In this document: positions 26,833 through 28,522 of the stretch, piece after piece
Position numbering within the stretch: the first letter of the stretch is position 1
Layout of the letters: each line of letters starts with the position of its first letter
Origin: a virus
Lineage: Duplodnaviria; Heunggongvirae; Uroviricota; Caudoviricetes
IMG/VR virus record: IMGVR_UViG_2529292923_000024
DNA length: 28,522 bases
Strand: one strand, 5' to 3'
Notes under the pieces: generated by a model
The model's input: the letters and a program-made list of their open reading frames with translations, nothing else
The model's database searches: none
What the model was told of the DNA's origin: nothing
Made by a program: the position numbers and the translations under genes

Positions 26833-28522
26833 TTCTGCAGGAGCGATAGCAACCGGCCTCCTTGCGCTAAAAATTCCTGTCCCTCTGACGACAGTTCAGT
26901 GGGCAGATCGACATTATTACCTTCCGAAAGAGTCATCTTACACCCCGGGGCGGTGGGAAACACTGCCGTTTCAGGTTGCCATCATGAACAGCATGGGGAA
27001 TGACCGGATCCGCACTGTTAATCTGATTAAATCTGCCCGTGTTGGTTATACAAAGATGTTGCTGGGAGTGGAGGCTTATTTTATTGAGCATAAATCACGC
27101 AACAGCCTTCTTTTCCAGCCCACGGATTCTGCTGCTGAAGATTTTATGAAATCTCATGTGGAACCCACGATCAGGGATGTGCCGGTTTTACTCGATCTTG
27201 CACCGTGGTTTGGGCGTAAACATCGTGATAATACCCTCACGCTGAAACGCTTTTCATCGGGCGTCGGTTTCTGGTGCCTGGGCGGCGCTGCCGCCAAAAA
27301 CTACCGTGAAAAATCCGTGGACGTGGTCTGCTATGACGAACTTTCCTCGTTCGAGCCGGATGTCGAAAAAGAGGGCTCGCCAACCCTGCTGGGGGATAAG
27401 CGTATTGAGGGGTCGGTGTGGCCAAAATCCATTCGCGGCTCGACGCCTAAAATCAAAGGCACCTGCCAGATCGAAAAAGCGGCCAACGAGTCGGCGCATT
27501 TCATGCGTTTTTATGTGCCCTGCCCGCACTGTGGGGAGGCGCAGTATCTGAAATTTGGCGATGAGTCCACGCCTTTTGGGCTTAAATGGGAGAAGGACAG
27601 TCCCGAAAGCGTTTTCTACCTCTGTGAACATCATGGCTGCGTGATCCATCAGTCTGAGCTTGACCAGAACAACGGGCGGTGGATCTGTGAAAACACGGGC
27701 ATGTGGACCCGTGACGGTCTGACGTTTTTCAGCGCCCGGGGTGATGAAATTCCGCCGCCGCGCTCCATCACGTTCCATATCTGGACGGCGTACAGTCCGT
27801 TCACCACCTGGGTACAGATTGTCTATGACTGGCTGGATGCACTGAAAGATCCCAACGGCCTGAAAACCTTTGTGAACACCACGCTGGGCGAGACCTGGGA
27901 AGAGGCCGTGGGCGAAAAACTCGATCACCAGGTACTGATGGATAAGGTGGTGCGTTACACGGCGGCGGTGCCTGCCCGGGTGGTTTATCTGACGGCGGGC
28001 ATTGACTCGCAGCGAAACCGTTTTGAGATGTATGTCTGGGGATGGGCTCCGGGAGAGGAAGCTTTTCTGGTGGATAGAATCATCATTATGGGGCGTCCTG
28101 ATGAGGAAGAGACGCTGTTACGTGTGGATGCGGCGATCAACAAAAAATACCGCCATGCGGATGGCACCGAAATGACTATTTCCCGTGTCTGCTGGGACAC
28201 CGGGGGGATCGATGGTGAAATTGTTTATCAGAGATCAAAAAAACACGGTGTTTTCCGGGTGCTGCCGGTAAAAGGCGCATCTGTCTATGGCAAGCCGGTG
28301 ATCACCATGCCAAAAACCCGCAATCAGCGGGGCGTGTATCTGTGTGAAGTGGGAACGGACACCGCAAAAGAAATTCTCTATGCCCGTATGAAAGCCGATC
28401 CCTCGCCTGCGGATGAAGCCACGTCGTATGCCATCCGTTTTCCTGATGATCCGGAGATTTTTTCGCAGACAGAGGCGCAGCAACTGGTGGCGGAAGAGCT
28501 GGTGGAGAAGTGGGAAAAAGGA
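26804..28522 (+). CDS. A: terminase large subunit (lambda gpA-like), 3'-truncated by the window end
   Basis: Open frame from ATG 26804 to the window end (573 codons); [27 protein letters not shown], Walker-like and nuclease motifs parallel lambda A; not in the ORF track because no stop lies within the window; overlaps the Nu1 3' end. Confidence 0.9.
   Translation, partial: MISDELRAANSAGAIATGLLALKIPVPLTTVQWADRHYYLPKESSYTPGRWETLPFQVAIMNSMGNDRIRTVNLIKSARVGYTKMLLGVEAYFIEHKSRNSLLFQPTDSAAEDFMKSHVEPTIRDVPVLLDLAPWFGRKHRDNTLTLKRFSSGVGFWCLGGAAAKNYREKSVDVVCYDELSSFEPDVEKEGSPTLLGDKRIEGSVWPKSIRGSTPKIKGTCQIEKAANESAHFMRFYVPCPHCGEAQYLKFGDESTPFGLKWEKDSPESVFYLCEHHGCVIHQSELDQNNGRWICENTGMWTRDGLTFFSARGDEIPPPRSITFHIWTAYSPFTTWVQIVYDWLDALKDPNGLKTFVNTTLGETWEEAVGEKLDHQVLMDKVVRYTAAVPARVVYLTAGIDSQRNRFEMYVWGWAPGEEAFLVDRIIIMGRPDEEETLLRVDAAINKKYRHADGTEMTISRVCWDTGGIDGEIVYQRSKKHGVFRVLPVKGASVYGKPVITMPKTRNQRGVYLCEVGTDTAKEILYARMKADPSPADEATSYAIRFPDDPEIFSQTEAQQLVAEELVEKWEKG

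Noticed and set aside
27254-27928. 224-aa minus-strand ORF, with neighbouring minus ORFs at 27237-27425, 27985-28200 and 28235-28483
   Set aside because: They lie antisense to the terminase large-subunit gene, which is a strongly conserved lambda gpA homologue. These are shadow ORFs in GC-rich coding sequence.

Overview
This window is an internal segment of a lambdoid prophage of Enterobacteriaceae (E. coli-like), read from sequence and the ORF track alone with no database search. Layout, left to right: (i) an AT-rich two-gene module on the + strand (1-633), convergent with the phage early-left operon across a bidirectional terminator; (ii) the early-left operon on the - strand (681-6205): PrtN/excisionase-like protein, DnaQ-type exonuclease, DUF551 protein, two Ea22-like proteins, a secreted protein and homologues of CPS-53 yfdR/yfdQ/yfdP; (iii) the immunity region with OL/pL, a LexA-like CI repressor (S24 peptidase type), OR and Cro; (iv) the early-right operon: CII-like regulator, Rha-domain protein, an O-like replication initiator with iterons embedded in its gene, a PerC-like regulator, a Dam-like N6-adenine methyltransferase split by an IS100-like (IS21 family) element, a LexA DNA-binding-domain-only protein, RusA, a KilA-N protein, and a DUF968 gene whose 5' end is split by an IS50-like (IS4 family) element; (v) a late region with Stx-phage-like architecture: Q antiterminator, pR'/tR', three tRNA genes (Ile-CAU, Arg-UCG, Arg-UCU), a cargo slot, the sialate O-acetylesterase nanS-p, a phage-21-type lysis cassette (pinholin, SAR endolysin, Rz/Rz1), a lambda-like cos site, and terminase Nu1 plus the 5' part of terminase A. 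No stx genes are present: the slot where Stx phages carry stxAB instead holds two unrecognised small ORFs followed by a TerB-like protein coupled to a small membrane protein. I regard these, the extra small genes inside the lysis cassette, and the left-end two-gene module as the best candidates for undescribed accessory functions. Both IS insertions can be excised in silico to restore in-frame target genes.
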